A stretch of DNA of 64,000 nucleotides from Antechinus flavipes (lineage: Eukaryota): NCBI RefSeq assembly GCF_016432865.1, contig NC_067403.1, positions 40,858,001 through 40,922,000 on the forward strand, in the 5' to 3' direction. Numbering within the stretch: position 1 is the stretch's first letter; every line of letters begins with the position of its first letter. The position numbers and the translations under genes were made by a program. The notes under the pieces are model-generated. The model had not been told where the DNA came from. It ran no database searches and was given only the letters and a program-made list of their open reading frames with translations. Positions 36,801-51,551 of this stretch are shown here, in pieces.

Positions 36801-38533
36801 CTAGGTGATGTCTAAATTCCTTCATTCTCTTTCACTCTAGGATTCTGTGATGTGGAAATAATGCAGATACTAATGGAGGAGTAGGGATGGGGGTGGAGAA
36901 CAGAGCAATTTACTTGGGGAGTTGCCAAAAGTGGGAGGGGAGGCTCAGTATCTTTACTCATCACTGTGGTTTTCATAACCCACTTGTGGGGAAACCGTAC
37001 TGTAAAAAACAACCAGTCCTGATGAAATAAGTGTTTTGGTTTCTTTCATTGGACAAAAATATCCTCTTATTGGGTTTTATCATTAATTTTTTTGTTCTGC
37101 CATGTGTTAATGTTAATGTGACCTTGAACATTTTATGCATAGGGGTATAAAATGTTCCTCTTCTAAGGAGTTTCTCTACCTGAACACAAGACTGGGCAAT
37201 GGTTGCTCACACATAGATTGTTGCTGCTGATTTAATGTTGCCTATAAAATGCCTTCTGATGTGGTTGCTATTGCATCTTTCTTTCAGTCTACCTGTGGAG
37301 TCAGCCCCGAGACTGGTCTTTCCAGTGTGTGTTGTCGTACCTGCAGGAGAGCCAACCTGGATTGGTCTCACATGGCTGACCCTGCTGCCTTTGTGTTTTT
37401 GTTTTGTTTTGTTGACTTAATGTTGAAAGAGATTCAGTTGTTGACCTGATTCTCCATTGCCTGGCCTGGGCACAGGTGAGACTAACCTAAGTTCTTGACA
37501 AGTTTTTGGATCTGGAAGGGCCAGAGAAGAAAAAAAGAAAGATGGAGATTTTTCTCCCTATAAAAATTTGGGTACAATGGTCCTCGAAGATTTGGAATAC
37601 AGGCAGATCCCAACTGACCAACTGGTTATGTTCTATAATCCACGTGAAAAACAAACAAATAAATAAATAAATCCACTTGTAAATCGATGGCTTGGAAGCA
37701 AGACCACATAGTGTTTAACCAGTCAATGAAGAGGCATTTAATAAGTGCTTGCTGTGTACCAGGCACTGTGCTAAACACTGAGGGTACAAAGAAAAACAAA
37801 AATGATCCTTAGGAAAACTAAGGAGGTTACTTACGTCCCCTAACTCATAAAATTTTATTTAATCCATGATATGTTTGAAGAATCTTATTACATATAAGAT
37901 TACTTTCTTCTTTTCTGTATATTAAATGGTTTGAATGTTCAAGTTCACAATTAAAAAGAAAATTAAATAAATAAAGATAGAAGAGTACAATAGAACTGAG
38001 CACCCATATTTAAATCAGAAAATGTGATCAGAGTTCCAATTTAGGAAATAATAACTAGAATTCCCCTTTCCCCCCATGAGACTTGACATTAAGCTAACAA
38101 GCAGTAGGAACAAGGATAGGGGGACTGGCAGGGAGGGGACTCCAGGATTTATATATGGAGGGCAGGAATAAGGATCAGGGGGAAGAGCTCTAAGGATCTG
38201 GCCCAGCTCTCAGGATGATCCTTTTTCTTGGGATCTTAGATTTTGATTTTTACTGTCTTTCTTTTATCTTGTATCCGTCTGTTGCTTCTACCCAGAGTAT
38301 TTTTTCCTTCTTGACTTTAATGGATTTTAAAATCATAGATTTGGATCTTTAAGGACTTTAGGGATCCTTACATCCAATTTACTAATTTTACAGATGAAAG
38401 AATTGAAGGAGAGAGAATTAGACAACTAGTAAGTATTTGAGGCAGAATTTGAACTGAGGTCTTCTAGATTTCAAATTTTGTGACCAAGCTAATGTACCAT
38501 GTTCCCTCTCTTGAGCAAAAAGCTCTCTCTAAT

Positions 38534-38576
<43 letters not shown>

Positions 38577-41500
38577 TCACATGCACACACACACACATAG
38601 AGGAGGCTTTTATGACTGAGGAAAGAGTACCTTCTTCTTCCTGGGGGTCCCACCTAAGTGCCCAGTTCTGCCCAAAACCCCATCATTCTTCCTAATATAT
38701 CTCCTCTTAATAAAGCTAATTCTCTTTACTGATTTGTGAGTTCCATATTTCCTTGTGTTGGTCTTTGGGTACTCTGGACCTTCCTAAGTCTGTCTTAAGA
38801 CAAAAAGAAACCGATTATACTGAAATACAGTTATGGAAAGACAAGTTCACCGGCCCCTGGTTAAGAACTCTGATATAAATCAATCAGTATTCTCTATTTT
38901 ACCAAACGACCACAACAACCACCTACTGTTTAAGGTTAAGAGTCTTGCCACTCAACAGCAGAAGTGGAGAAGGAGGATTTAGAGGGCCTTTCCAGCCTTA
39001 TGATTAGCTGATTAAGTGTAAATAGCTGAGCTACAGTCTGCAAGACTGGAGCCCCTTTGACCAGCAGACACTTAGAAGCCACAAATGAGATATTACCGCA
39101 CAGCCTTTCTTTAAGGCTGCTTTGTCAGCTATTGTCTGGCAAAGGTTCTGAACTAATAGCCAGGTTCTAAATGACTTTCCCTGTAACTAATATGTCAGAG
39201 CTAAAAGGAATGGAGTCAGTGTTGCTGAGGGACACTCTTTCAGGGGGTATTAGCAGTGCAAGGGTGATTTTCCAAGCATCATCATGACTGACGGCTATGG
39301 AGGAGGGATGAAATGTCTAGGAGACCGAGAGCAGCAGGCAAGAATTCCCACCACAAAAGGGGGAGAAATTATCCATGCAAATGACTTAATGGACCAAGAC
39401 CTCTCAAAAGCACTACTAAAAAAAATAAATAAAAAAGCAGCAGGAAAATAGAATGAGTTTAGAATTTAGGGGTGTCCAAAAGAGATCAGGCTTTCTCTGG
39501 AAGGAAAGAAATAGTTGAGGGGGAAATTGGTTTTTCGTGATGGAGTAGAATTGTTTTAGAGCTAAAGACAGGAGGAAACTTTCCTTAGGAAGGATGCTTC
39601 ACAACCAGTGGAGAGTCAGCAGCCTGTTCCAATCACCAGTATGCTGCTCTTTAGCAGATAATCTCATCCTGGGATCCATGGATAGATTTCAGGGCGTCCA
39701 TAAATGATGATGAAAACAATCGCATATTTCTTTTTATTAACCTTTAACCGAGATTTTAATTGTTTGAAACCATTATTCTTTATTTTACATGTATAACAGG
39801 GAGAAAAAATTTAGAACTCAAAAATTGCAAAAATGAATGTTGAAAACTATCTTTACACATAATTGGAAAAAATAAAAGGCCATTAGGTGAAACCATTATT
39901 CTGAGAGGTTAAGAACCTTTGCTCTTTATGTATTTTCAAAGTCATAATTAGAATAATTCATATAAGATTCAGTTCATTTTTGTCTGTCCTCAAAAGTTAG
40001 AAAATGCCAAGTGTGAGATTCTAGCACTCTTGATAATTCTCCCCCATTCTTGATAATTCTATTTTTGGGATAGAAAGACATAAGTTGGAGCTGTACTTTT
40101 ACAAGTTTGAGTTACACTGACTCACACAGGCAAGTTTTATGTAGCATAACTAATGGTTCTCTTTACACGGCACAGTGGACATCACCCATGTGGAAGGTTG
40201 CCAAAGACAGCTCTGTAGAGAATTTCAGGGGCATTGGGCTGTCCGCTGGGACAGTATACAAAATTCCAAAATAATTAGTTATCTTCTTACTCATACTTCC
40301 AGGTCTTCCCTTGCTCCAATCCCCTTGGGACCCAACAATATCTTTCCATCAGTGGGTTTTAAACTTTTGTTCTCAGTGGCTTTATACTATTAAAAATTAT
40401 TGAGGATCTATCCAAAGAGTTTTTATTTATCAGGGTTATATTTGTAGATATTTATCATCTTAGAAATAAAAAACTAATTTTGAATTTGTAGATCCTCCAA
40501 AAGGGTTTCAGAGAGTTCCAGGATTCCCTGAACTACACTTTGACAAGAATTGCTCTATACTGTCCTTTGTTCAATAGTCATCCAATAGCCACATTATTAA
40601 TAATAATAGTACCAATAATGACCAATTAATTAGGTGTTAACTCAGTTGATGAACTAGGTGACACAGTTTGGGTCTGGGTTTGGAATCAGGGAAACCTGGT
40701 TCAAATGTGGCCTCGAACACTTACTATTGTGTGACCCTGGGTAAATCACTTAACCCTGGGGTCTGCCTTAGTTTCCTCATCTGTAAAATGAGCTGGAGAA
40801 GAAAATGGCAAACTGTTCTATTATCTTTCTTAATTACTCTTCTATTATCTTATCCAAGAAACCCAAATGGGGTCATGAAGAACTAGTTGGACATGACTGA
40901 ACAACCATAAAGTGTGAATTGTAAATGATTACTAATTTTAATCTCCCCCTCCAAAAAAAAAAGAAAAAAAGAAATTTTAAAAGGGGGCTTTTACCACAAA
41001 TTAATCTTTAATTGATAGAGCCTGATGGAATTTAAAAAATACATCAGGCCTTTCCACTTCCTTCTGCTATTTTGCAAGTCATAGTCTAACTACCATAGTG
41101 TGGTTAGAGATATTTCCTCAATGTAAAATCTGTGACATAGTGGAAAGAATGCAGGATTTGGAGTCGAAGACCTGGATGCAAATTCTGGCCATTTGACCTT
41201 AGGCAAGTACTTTACCACTTGGGCTTACATCTATAAAATGGAGGAGTAAAATTAAATTTCTAGAGTCCTTTTAATACGATCATAGATTTGGCTTTGGAAG
41301 TGATCTAAGAAGTTAACAAATTCAGCCCCAATCTCATTTTACAGATTAGGAAACTGAACACCGGAGAGTTTGTAATTTATCCAAACTCACATAGCCAGTA
41401 AATGTCTGAGGATGACCTTGACCTGGGATTTCTTATATTCATGTCATCATACTGAGTGTCTGAGAAAAAGTAAGACCATCACCCAGGTAAATTTCTGAAG

Positions 41501-43204
41501 GAGGGAAAGTTTCTTTTATGCCTTCCCAGGTCCTTTCCTGTATGTCTCCCACCATCTCCCCCTACTGTTTGGTCTTTCTCTCATCTCCTGGAGTTTGATG
41601 TTCTGTCATTTTCCGGTCATGTCCAACTCTTGATGAGTCCACTTGGAGTTTTCTTGGCAAAGATGCTGAAGTGGCTTGTTACTTCCTTCTCCAATTCATT
41701 TTACAGATGAGGAAACAGAGGCAAAGTGAAGTGACTTGCCTAGGATCACTAATGAGTGTCTGAGGCTATATTTGAACTCAAGAAGATGAGTCTTACTGAC
41801 TCCAAGCCCACCATGATATCCTCTATGCCATCTAGTTGCCTCATCACCTGGATTCCTCTAATTTGTAAATAATGAGCTTAACAAACACATTCATTTCATT
41901 ATGGCATTTTTGTCTTTATTTTTTGTCTTTGGTCTTTTTAATGAATTAGATAATTGCATCCTAGTGACAGGATTTTTTTTCTTTGGGAGTTTAAAAATTT
42001 TTAAAATTAAAGCCTTTTATTTTCAAAATATATACATGGATGATTTTCAATATTCACCCTTACAAAACTGTGTGTTGTAATTTTTTCTCTCCTTTCCTCC
42101 CATCCCCTCCCCTAGACGGCAAGTGATGCAATATTTGTTAAATGTGTACAATTCTTCTATACATATTTATACGGTTATTTTGCTGCAGAAGAAAAATCAG
42201 ATCAAAAGAAAAAAATGAGTAAGAAAACAAAACACAAGCAACAACAACAAAAAGAGTGAAAATGCTATGTTGTGATCCACATTCAGTACCCACCGTCCTC
42301 TCTCTGGGTTCAGATGGGTTCTCTTCATCACAAGACCATTGGAACTTGCCTGAATCATCTCACTGTTGATGAAAGCAACATCTATTAGAATTGATCATCG
42401 TATAATCTTGCTGCTGCCGTTAAACATTTTCTTTTAAAGGAACATTTAGCCTACTCACTAGAAAAGCCACAGCTTTTGGCTTCCTGTCTTAGCACTTAGC
42501 TGGCCTTGTGATGTTTTCAAAATATTTCACAATCAATAAACAACTCTTTTCTGCCACCTCTTTGTGAGAGAGCAATATCCTCACCATCTTCCAGGAGAAG
42601 ACATTGCAAGATAAAATAAGGTTGTTCAGGATCACTAAAACAAATCTGGAGGAGAGCTTCAAAGCTTGGGACTTCAGTGGTTGTGCTGGAAACTCTTGGT
42701 CCTATTTTCACTTGTAGCTTGGGACCTGAATTCTCCAAAAAAATCTTTCCAGGTTATCATCCGAACTATTAACCAAGAAGGAATCCTGCTTTAGAGTGTT
42801 TTTTTTTTTCTACCCTGTCTTCTTTTATCTTTCCAATAGTTCTGCGAGGTTGGCAAGGCAAATGTTATTTATTTCCCTTTTAGAGATGAGTGACTCAGTG
42901 AGGAGGGTCTAGAATCCAGTTCTTCAGAATCCCTATGCAGGATCCTTTGTAATTCAACATGGGGCACAATCTCCCACACACTTGTTTCTCTTCTTTATCC
43001 ATAAGTAATTCCTTATTCACTTATTTCTGTTCATAATGTGTTGACTTTTCCTTTTCTCTATTAAACTGTAAGTTTTTGTGAGGCAGAGACTATCTTTTCT
43101 CTAGTAGACATCCTAAGAGAACTTATTCTTCATCCTCTTTCTTCTAAGAAGACAGTTTACTCCAAGGTAATCTCTTCCCTACAACGTCCACTATTACCTT
43201 TATG

Positions 43205-44345
43205 GATGACTTCCCAATTCCCAAATTTATCTCTAAGTGATGAACTGCTCTTAGAGCTTTGGATCCATATTTCCAGCAACCTACTGAACTTTTCCATTTG
43301 TTTGTCCTATGGATTATTCAAACTCAATAGAGATATTCTTCCTTTCATTACACTTCACAGAAACTGCATTTTTTACAGATTTGAAGATTATGGTAACCTT
43401 TCATTGAGAAAATCTATGGGTGTCATTTTTCCAACAGCATGTGATCACATTTTGGTAATTCTCTCAGTATTTCCATTTTTTCCATTNNNNNNNNNNNNNN
43501 NNNNNNNNNNNNNNNNNNNNNNNNNNNNNNNNNNNNNNNNNNNNNNNNNNNNNNNNNNNNNNNNNNNNNNNNNNNNNNNNNNNNNNNNNNNNNNNNNNNN
43601 NNNNNNNNNNNNNNNNNATTAACAGGCCTTCTCCCTCTCCTTAAGTTTTTCTATTCCTTGAGACAATAATATTGAAATTAGGCCAATTAAATCCTACAAT
43701 GGCTTGTAAGTATTCAAGTGAAAGAAAGGGTCAATTGAGGAGGCAAATTATATTGCTCTCTTATTTTTAACAATTTACCACAACCACCCCAACTTTCAGC
43801 AACTACCATCCTGATTAATCAGTAGCCATCAACATCAAGGCAAGACTCTCCACCAAAATTCCAACTCACTGGGATTTTTTTTAAAGCAGCAAAGTATTTT
43901 TAATAAAGGTATGTACAATGTTTTTTAAGGCATGATATTATATAACACTTCATAGACTACAAATAAAGTATAAACTTAACTTTTATATGCAGTAGGAAAC
44001 TAAAAACTACAAATAGACACAAATACCAAAANNNNNNNNNNNNNNNNNNNNNNNNNNNNNNNNNNNNNNNNNNNNNNNNNNNNNNNNNNNNNNNNNNNNN
44101 NNNNNNNNNNNNNNNNNNNNNNNNNNNNNNNNNNNNNNNNNNNNNNNNNNNNNNNNNNNNNNNNNNNTCTCCCCCCACAACCATTCCTCCTACTGATTTT
44201 CCTGTTTCTGTTAATGACCCCATTGCCATTCTCTAATCAGTCATGTTCCAAACCATGGCTTCATCTTGACTTCCTACCTCCCCCTCACCTCCTACATACA
44301 AGCATTTTTTGAGTCTTTCTTTAATAGGTTCACCAACTCCTGTCA
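43205..44345 (+). mobile_element. L2 LINE fragment split by the Tigger element (parts ~43205-43335 and ~44168-44345)
   Basis: Left part ends ..tcaaactcaa; right part resumes ctccccccacaacc.ttcctcct..ttcctgtttctgttaatg, consecutive in remembered L2 consensus. Confidence 0.55.
43340..44015 (+). mobile_element. Tigger1-like (Tc1/mariner-pogo) internally deleted DNA transposon, with an N gap inside
   Basis: ttttccaacagcatgtg, aatattgaaattaggccaatta, caaccaccccaactttcagcaac, cagccatcaacatcaaggcaagac-like and aaggtatgtaca blocks match the remembered Tigger1 5' and 3' arms joined directly. Confidence 0.75.
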
Positions 44346-46169
44346 GACCTCATTTACCTGTAATAATTAACTATCTGAAGGTCGAGTACACTATGAAACA
44401 AGGGCTAAATGCAGGGATTTTGTCAAGAAATATGGGCTGGAGTTGAACAAGAAAGCCACAGGGAAGTGCAGGACATGGTAAACCATATTAGTCAGTGGCT
44501 AAAAATAAAAGTGAGAACTGAGAAAAAAAGATGGCCTCCTCTTTGACTGGAAAGAGTGGTTTTTGCCAGAGTAAGAAAAAGGAAGGGGTGTAAGGTCATT
44601 TAGTTGGAACTTATGCTTCTATGGAAACCTAGTGTTGATGATCCTAGTGCCAGAGATGCAAATGATGACAGTCAAAAATTGTCAGTAATCTCCTTGCTGA
44701 CTGTGGGAATTATGTTGAGAGAAGATCCATATCTCTTTGGGTTTTGCTGAGAATCATTAATTTCCCACTGGTACCTATAAGAGGTTATACCAATTTTATA
44801 CATCAGAGGATAGACAAAGAATGAATATATTTCCCATTTATTTTCTTATAATTTTGATTTTTGTATTAATTAAATATCTTACTATCAGATTTGTGGTACA
44901 GATAAAGTGTTTGAATGAAAAATGTTCTGGATGGAACTTGAACCATTTATGTATTTAAATTATTACTTTAATATCAATTTAAATTTAAACATATCCCACA
45001 CTGACTCGAAAGAAATTGAGGGATTTGGTTACATTTGTGGGGTTCATGCAGAATATTAAAGAATATTCAGTTGCAGAAAGTAGGCTTCCTAACAATTAAA
45101 ATTATCTAAAAATAGAACTGTTACCATGAGCAAGAATAAAGTGTCTGAGTCTGGAGATCTTCAGAATGGACAATCCTTTCTTGTGGATTTTTTATATAAA
45201 AGAGGTCCCTGTTCAGAGCTACATTGGACTAGATGACCTTCATTTGATGTGATTTCTGCCACAGATACTGTGGTAATACTAAAATATGCAAATGAAGAAG
45301 ACAGTAATAGAGAAAATGGGAACACAATTACTTCAAAATATAATTTCATCATTCAAAACACTTTTTCCATCAATGCAGAACAAAGTCTCTTTATGGCTTA
45401 GTAGAGTTTTCCTAAATAACTCTGGCTCCAAAAATCTCCTCTGGTGATGAGTCTTAGAAGACACTGGAGAAACTTGGGAAGACTTTTTTGAACAGATGGA
45501 AAGAGTAAAGTGAACAGAGCCAAGAGAACAGCTTGTACAATAACAACATTAAACAGACAAACAATTTCAAAAGACTTAAGACCTCTGATCAATGCAATTG
45601 CTCGTCATGTTAGATTACTGATAAGGAAGCTTGTTCCCTATGTCCTAACAGGTGATGGACTCAGGTTGAAGAATGAGATGTATTTTTGGACATGGCCAAC
45701 ATGGGAATTTCTTTTGCTTGACTATTTATTGCAAGGGTTTTGTTTTTCTTTTCAATAAGAAAAAAGACATGGAAAAGATAGAAAAGAAAGGCTTGTTTAT
45801 TAAAAAAATTTAAGATATTTACAAGGTTCATTACTGGCTCTTCAGGTGTGTTGCTGTCTAAAGACTTGATAAGATCTGCAAAAGTTTGTATTCAGGACTC
45901 AGAGTCTTTGAGAATCCAGAGCTACTACATACCACAATCAAGCATTTATGAAAGGCTTTAATGGAAGTAAAAATGTAACACATCTATTAAATCAAACGAA
46001 GCTTTACCTGTTGGGATTTTCTTTGAATACTGTAAACAAAAACTGTTCTTATTCCTTCTCACTCTCATTGAGTTCTGATGTTATCTTTCAGAATTAAAAA
46101 AAAAAGAATTTGAATTATCATATGAAGGATGTAGGAAAGTTATTGGAGAAAGCTTTTAGGAGAAGAGAC

Positions 46170-48250
46170 AAAATCAAGAGGGGTGGGGCAGCAGGAAGAA
46201 GTACAGCAGGCTCCGGTTCCTACTCCCCAACTCCAAACAGATCTAGAAAAGACACCTGAATGAATCTGGCTTAGAATCCAACAAAAAAATCACATATCAT
46301 TTAGTCGGGCCCAGATCATTATAAGGAAACTGACAAAGGTCTGTGAATCTCGGGATAATTTCTAGCCATGAATGGCAGCAAAGGGTGTTCCAGCACAGGG
46401 TCCCTCTGGGCACCCAGGTAAGAAGGCATCCCAGATCCTAAAATCAACATTGTTCATTATGCAGTTTTAGGTACAGATTCAGGGTGTTCTAAGAAGGGAC
46501 TTGTGTCCAGGGGCATCAATCGAGAGTGAAACATGGTTGTGGGCTATGGGTATGTAGTAGGTACCTATCAAGAAATACATTCAAAAGTAATCAGAGGTTG
46601 TGAGATTTGAACCGAGGGACTGCAGCAGGGTCTCAGTTCTAGCCTCTAGACCAGTCTGTTGAAAAATGACCAGGTCAAGAATCCCAGAGTAAAGGGAAGC
46701 CCACAGTTTTGTTACTCTAAACAAGCAGAGTTTTCCAACTGAGTCCAAAGGCAGTTTACTGAAACTCCAGATGAAGCAAGCCCTCAGGTATGTTCTCAGA
46801 TCTAAACAGAGAAGGGACTTGGAGAGCTCACACCACAACAGGAATCAGATTTTGCCCTGGATCAGACCACCTTGGAAACACTAAAAGCTTTCAGATTTCC
46901 AGCTGAGCTATTCCTGAAATCTCAAAAAATACAACACTTACTACCCTAAGAAAACAGCAGCAAGACTAGCCCAGACATTCTCTCCAGAAGCAAAAAGCTC
47001 AGCCGTGACAGAAAGTCTGACGTCAAGGAGAAGGCTGGAAGAGTCCCACCATTAAAAAACAAACACATAATGCTCAAAACAGAAACACAGAAGAAAAGAA
47101 TGATTCCAAATCAACTAGAAGCAAAGCCTCAAAGAAAAACACAGCTTAGGTACAAGTTACCTAAAATTACCAGAAGAGATAAAGCAAGTGTTTAAAAAAA
47201 TTTTTTCTAGCTGAAATGAGAATGCTAGAGGAAAAAAATGGAAAAGAAATAAAAAAGAAATGGAAAGGGAATTAACAGCATGACACAAAAGATACAATCA
47301 CTTGTCCAAGTTACAAACTTCCTCAAAATTAGAATGGAACATATTGTCTTCAAAGTCGACAAGCAATATTAAAACAATGTCAAAAGACTGGAAAAAATAG
47401 AAGAAAATGTGAAGCATCTCATAGTGAAAACTACTGATCTGGGAAACAGATTAAGGAGAGACGATTTAAAAATCAATAGATGACACAAAATAAATTAGTA
47501 AAAAAAAAGTCTAGACATCATATTTCAATAAATCTTAAGTAGAAAAGAAAGAATTCACAAGTCACTTTCCAAAAAAACACCCAAAATGAAAATTTCCGAC
47601 ATTATGGCAAAAATCCAAAGTTTCCAGTTTAAAGAAAAAATGTTACGATTAGTCAGTCAAGGAACAAGGGGGAGGGAGAAATTAGACAGAAGTTAATTAA
47701 GGGAGAATTTAATTATAAATAAACAAATTCTACAGATGTACAAAATTTATTTATAGAAACTCTTTTTGGCAAAGACTTGTAAATGGAAGAACTATATGTC
47801 AAATAATGAGTGGCTGAATAAGATACAGTATATAAATGTGATAGAATACTATTATTTTGTAAGAAATGATGAAGGGGAGGGTTTCAGAGAAATATGGGAA
47901 GACTCATGAACTGAAGCATAATGGAATAAGCAGAGCCAGGAGAACAATTTTAAAAAATCATAACTATATTGTAAAGAGAAACAACTTTGAAATACTTAAG
48001 AACTAAGATCAGTGTAATGACCAATTGTGATCCCAAAGGACTAATGGTTTAAAATGCTACCCATCTTATTATAGAAAGGCTCAGAGTGCAAAATGAGACT
48101 TTTATCGGCCACAGACCATACAGGACTTTGTTTTTGCTTACTAAACATGTTTGTAATGGGATTTGTTTTTCATTCTATTTCAAAGAGATTCAAGAGAGGG
48201 AGAAAAGGCAGATTTTTAATGGTTGAAAAAGTATGTTTTAATTTTAAAAA
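46170..48250 (+). mobile_element. Old L1-derived element: 5' region and decayed ORF1 joined to the ORF2 C-terminus and 3' UTR
   Basis: 47400-47650 resembles ORF1 (KTTDL.NR.RRD.LKI; IH.S; KIQSFQ.KEK). From ~47730 it resembles the ORF2 end and 3' UTR (gagtggctgaataa, aagaaatgatgaagggg, agcagagccaggagaac). No EN/RT sequence between. Confidence 0.6.
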
Positions 48251-51200
48251 GAAACTTTTGTAATAATGAGAATTTCTACCAATGGGTAGTATATAAAATT
48301 TCTGAGAATAGAAATTGTGTCTTTTATTATTGTTGTCTTCGAATGCCTCAGACTTGTCACTTAATAAATGTTGGTTGATTGATTGATTGATTGAGGCTGA
48401 TTTAAAATTAAGGATTAAGTTCCTCTGGATACCATTAGCAACAAACAATTCTTATGTGAAATGTTTTGATCCTGGGCTAGCCTATTACCAGGAGGACTGA
48501 TTAGCCTGGGACTTTCCAGATACCTAGAGACATACCAACAGATTTCATCATAAATTCTTCTTCATTGTGACAGAGCAAAATTGATTTTCTTCACTTGTAG
48601 TTTCTGTTACAGCAGTTCCCTAGTCATATTATATTTAAAAAGAGCATTTGCTTCTGAGTTCAAGTCCCTGTCACTTTACTACTAGCAAAATCATTGAACT
48701 TTTTTTTTACATGTAAAAAAAGAATAGTTACATATATCACAAGGTTCTGGTAATGAAATTACTTTTTTTCCCCCTGAGGTAATTGGAGCTAAGTGACGTG
48801 CCCAGGATCACACAGCTAGGAAGTGTTAAGTGTCTGAGTCTACATTTGAACTCAGGCCCTCCTGACTTCAGGGCTGGTGCTCTATCCACTGTACACCTAG
48901 CTGTCCCAATGAAATTACTTTTAAAGTATCGTAGAAGTGTGAGTTATTATTGTTATTATTCCTACCTGTGTGCTCTATTATTCTCTCAACAGAGAGAATA
49001 TATAGTTATATTCTTATGTATATACATATTATATATATATTATACTCTGACCTCTAGAAATGGAATAAGGTTTTCCTGTTTCTGGATTCTCTCTAAAAAA
49101 AGGAGAAATTTTTTTTCTGTCTGTTCTCTTTTCTCTGCTTGCTTTTTCACCTCCTTGGAGAAAAGCAGCCCCTTCAACTCCATATACTTGTGCTTTTTCA
49201 TTCAATAGCATTCATTTGTGCATAATTATTGAGTGCCTCATTAGTACTTCTGGGGAACATGTAGCATTTGAGCTTAATAAGAGAAGCTGTGCTCCTAGAA
49301 AACAACCTAAGTTGTGAGATTTACTCACAAAATGTTGTCTTGTTGAAGGGTGATATTCTTAACCAAGGACCCAATGCCAATTTTTTAGACAAATGACCAT
49401 AAACATTTTTAAAAAATTAGCCATCAAAGAGGGAATGAGGAAACCTTTTTTGGAGTTCTTCGAGCAGAAACAGAAGAGGCATTTATTTGTTTTGTTGTAG
49501 AGGGGATTCAGGTTAGGTATTGGTCAAACTATATGGATTCTTCCTTAACACTGAGATTTTGTAATTCTACTATATTATAAAAAGGTTTCTATGGTATGTT
49601 TATGTGCATATATACATGCATAATGTTTCATATTTGTTATTGTTTTGCAGTCACTTTTAATTCTTCATGAACCCATCTGCCATTTTCTTGACAAAGATGC
49701 TGGAGTGCTTGGCCATTGCCTTCTCCAGTTTATTTTACAGCTGAAGAAACACAAATTTAAGTGACTTGTCCAGAGTCACACATTAGTGAGGGTCTGAGGC
49801 CAGAACTGATGAATCTTCCTGTCTGCAGATGTAGCTCTTGCCATAAATATAGATATTATTGTGTAGCAAATACTCAGTCCCATTGGCTCAGTCCCCCATT
49901 CCAGTGGTGCTGTCATTGTCAGCTGCCTGTCACTACTGCACCAGTTCATTTAATCAACTAACACTATTTGGCTTTTGACAAAAGATATTTACTTTGAAGA
50001 TATTGTAAGAAGAAAAGCACAAACGTTTTCTCCACAATTTGAGGGAATGCTCCTCCCCCATCACCTTGAGCCTTGGGGAGAGTGGGCTCTGAGGAGACAA
50101 TTTCTACATAGTTGATCCTGCCAAGTTCCCTTTCCAATAGTTGGTTTTTGCCAGATGAACTTTTGTCTCAGCCCTGCTTGGCTGGGTGCCCAAGGGCATT
50201 CCTCATTCCTCAGAACCTCAAGATGGACCCAGCAGGGCACAAACACTGGCACAGACTCTGCCCCGGACTTCTTGCTGGCTCATTCTCCTGACCTTTGAAA
50301 CCTGTGAAGTCACAGCCTCCAGTCTCTTTCATCTAAAACAAAAGAACCATGAACTGTATTTTCAGGTTCACAAGTCAGCCTCAGATGGGAAATTCTCAGA
50401 ACTTTTCCCCATATAGCCTCTTTTGTTTCTCAAACGCAACCAGACAGGAAGAAATCAGCCAAGAGAAGGATGAGGTTCTGCTCTATCTAATGCAGGTCAG
50501 AACCAGTTACAGAATGTCTGATTCCAATGTCAAAAGTCTTTTTTGGATTGCATCTGCACAGTACTTCGAGTAGTCTCTTAAGGACAGGGTTTATTGGTCA
50601 TATCCCATTACATATGTGTTGTATAAATGTGCAAAAATAACAATATATATACTTAGAGCAGCATAGTATGGAAGCAAACCTATTAGGGTTTCTTTTTTCT
50701 TTAAAAATTGTTAAAAAATAATATTAAGGTCATATTCTCATCAAAAGTTCTTAGACCCACCTGAATGAAGAAAACATAAGTAATTCATCAAGGAAATGTC
50801 TTATGCTGAAATTTTTTTTTGTTCTTCCTTGTCAAAGGTCCAACCAGTTTGTAAAGGCAGAAGCCTGATCACCTTAAGGAGAAACCCAGATTCTCTTGAA
50901 TTGATTAGGGTGGCGATCAAAATAAAACCAGCTTCCCTTTGCCCACTCAGGACCAGATTGAATGTTTCTAGGAAGATATCTCTCTGGGGCACTTTCCAAT
51001 AAGAACATTTCTATAGTTCTGTTTGGCAAATCAAACCCTAATAATGAACTTTGTGTCTCTGTTTTAATCTCTTTTTTGGGGAATTTTCCTCATCTCTAAT
51101 TACTGTAAAATTGGTTTGGGGCAAAGAAAATTTATAGCATCATAGATTGTACTCTCAGAGTTGGAAGAATCCATTCCCCACCCAAATTTGTTTCTTCTCT

Positions 51201-51264
51201 GTCTGTCTCTGTCTCTCTATCTCTGTTTGTCTGACTGTCTCTCTCTCTCTCTTCTGTCCTTTTC

Positions 51265-51551
51265 TGTTAAGGGGCAGGTCAATTCTCCCAGAACCTCCAC
51301 AGCTGTGGATCATAACACCTGAAGGAGTTGCAGGGCAGCCTTTGCTGACACAGGTGTTGCCGGCTGGGAATGAGATAAATTGGAGGCAGAGGGAAGCGGA
51401 GGGAGGTCAGACAACCCAAACACCTTTCAGTCAGAGGTCAGAGAACAGCAACCGCCTCTCAATCTCCTTGTATCATCCTCTCACATGAGGAGATCCATTC
51501 TGGATTGGAGCTCTAACAGCTGCTGTCAGGTGGCTCCTGTGTATTCCAACA
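51265..51551. mobile_element. Probable solo LTR, 287 bp
   Basis: Begins TGTT and ends AACA; complex sequence flanked by TC-rich low-complexity DNA; resembles a remembered dasyurid repeat. No target-site duplication found. Confidence 0.45.
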
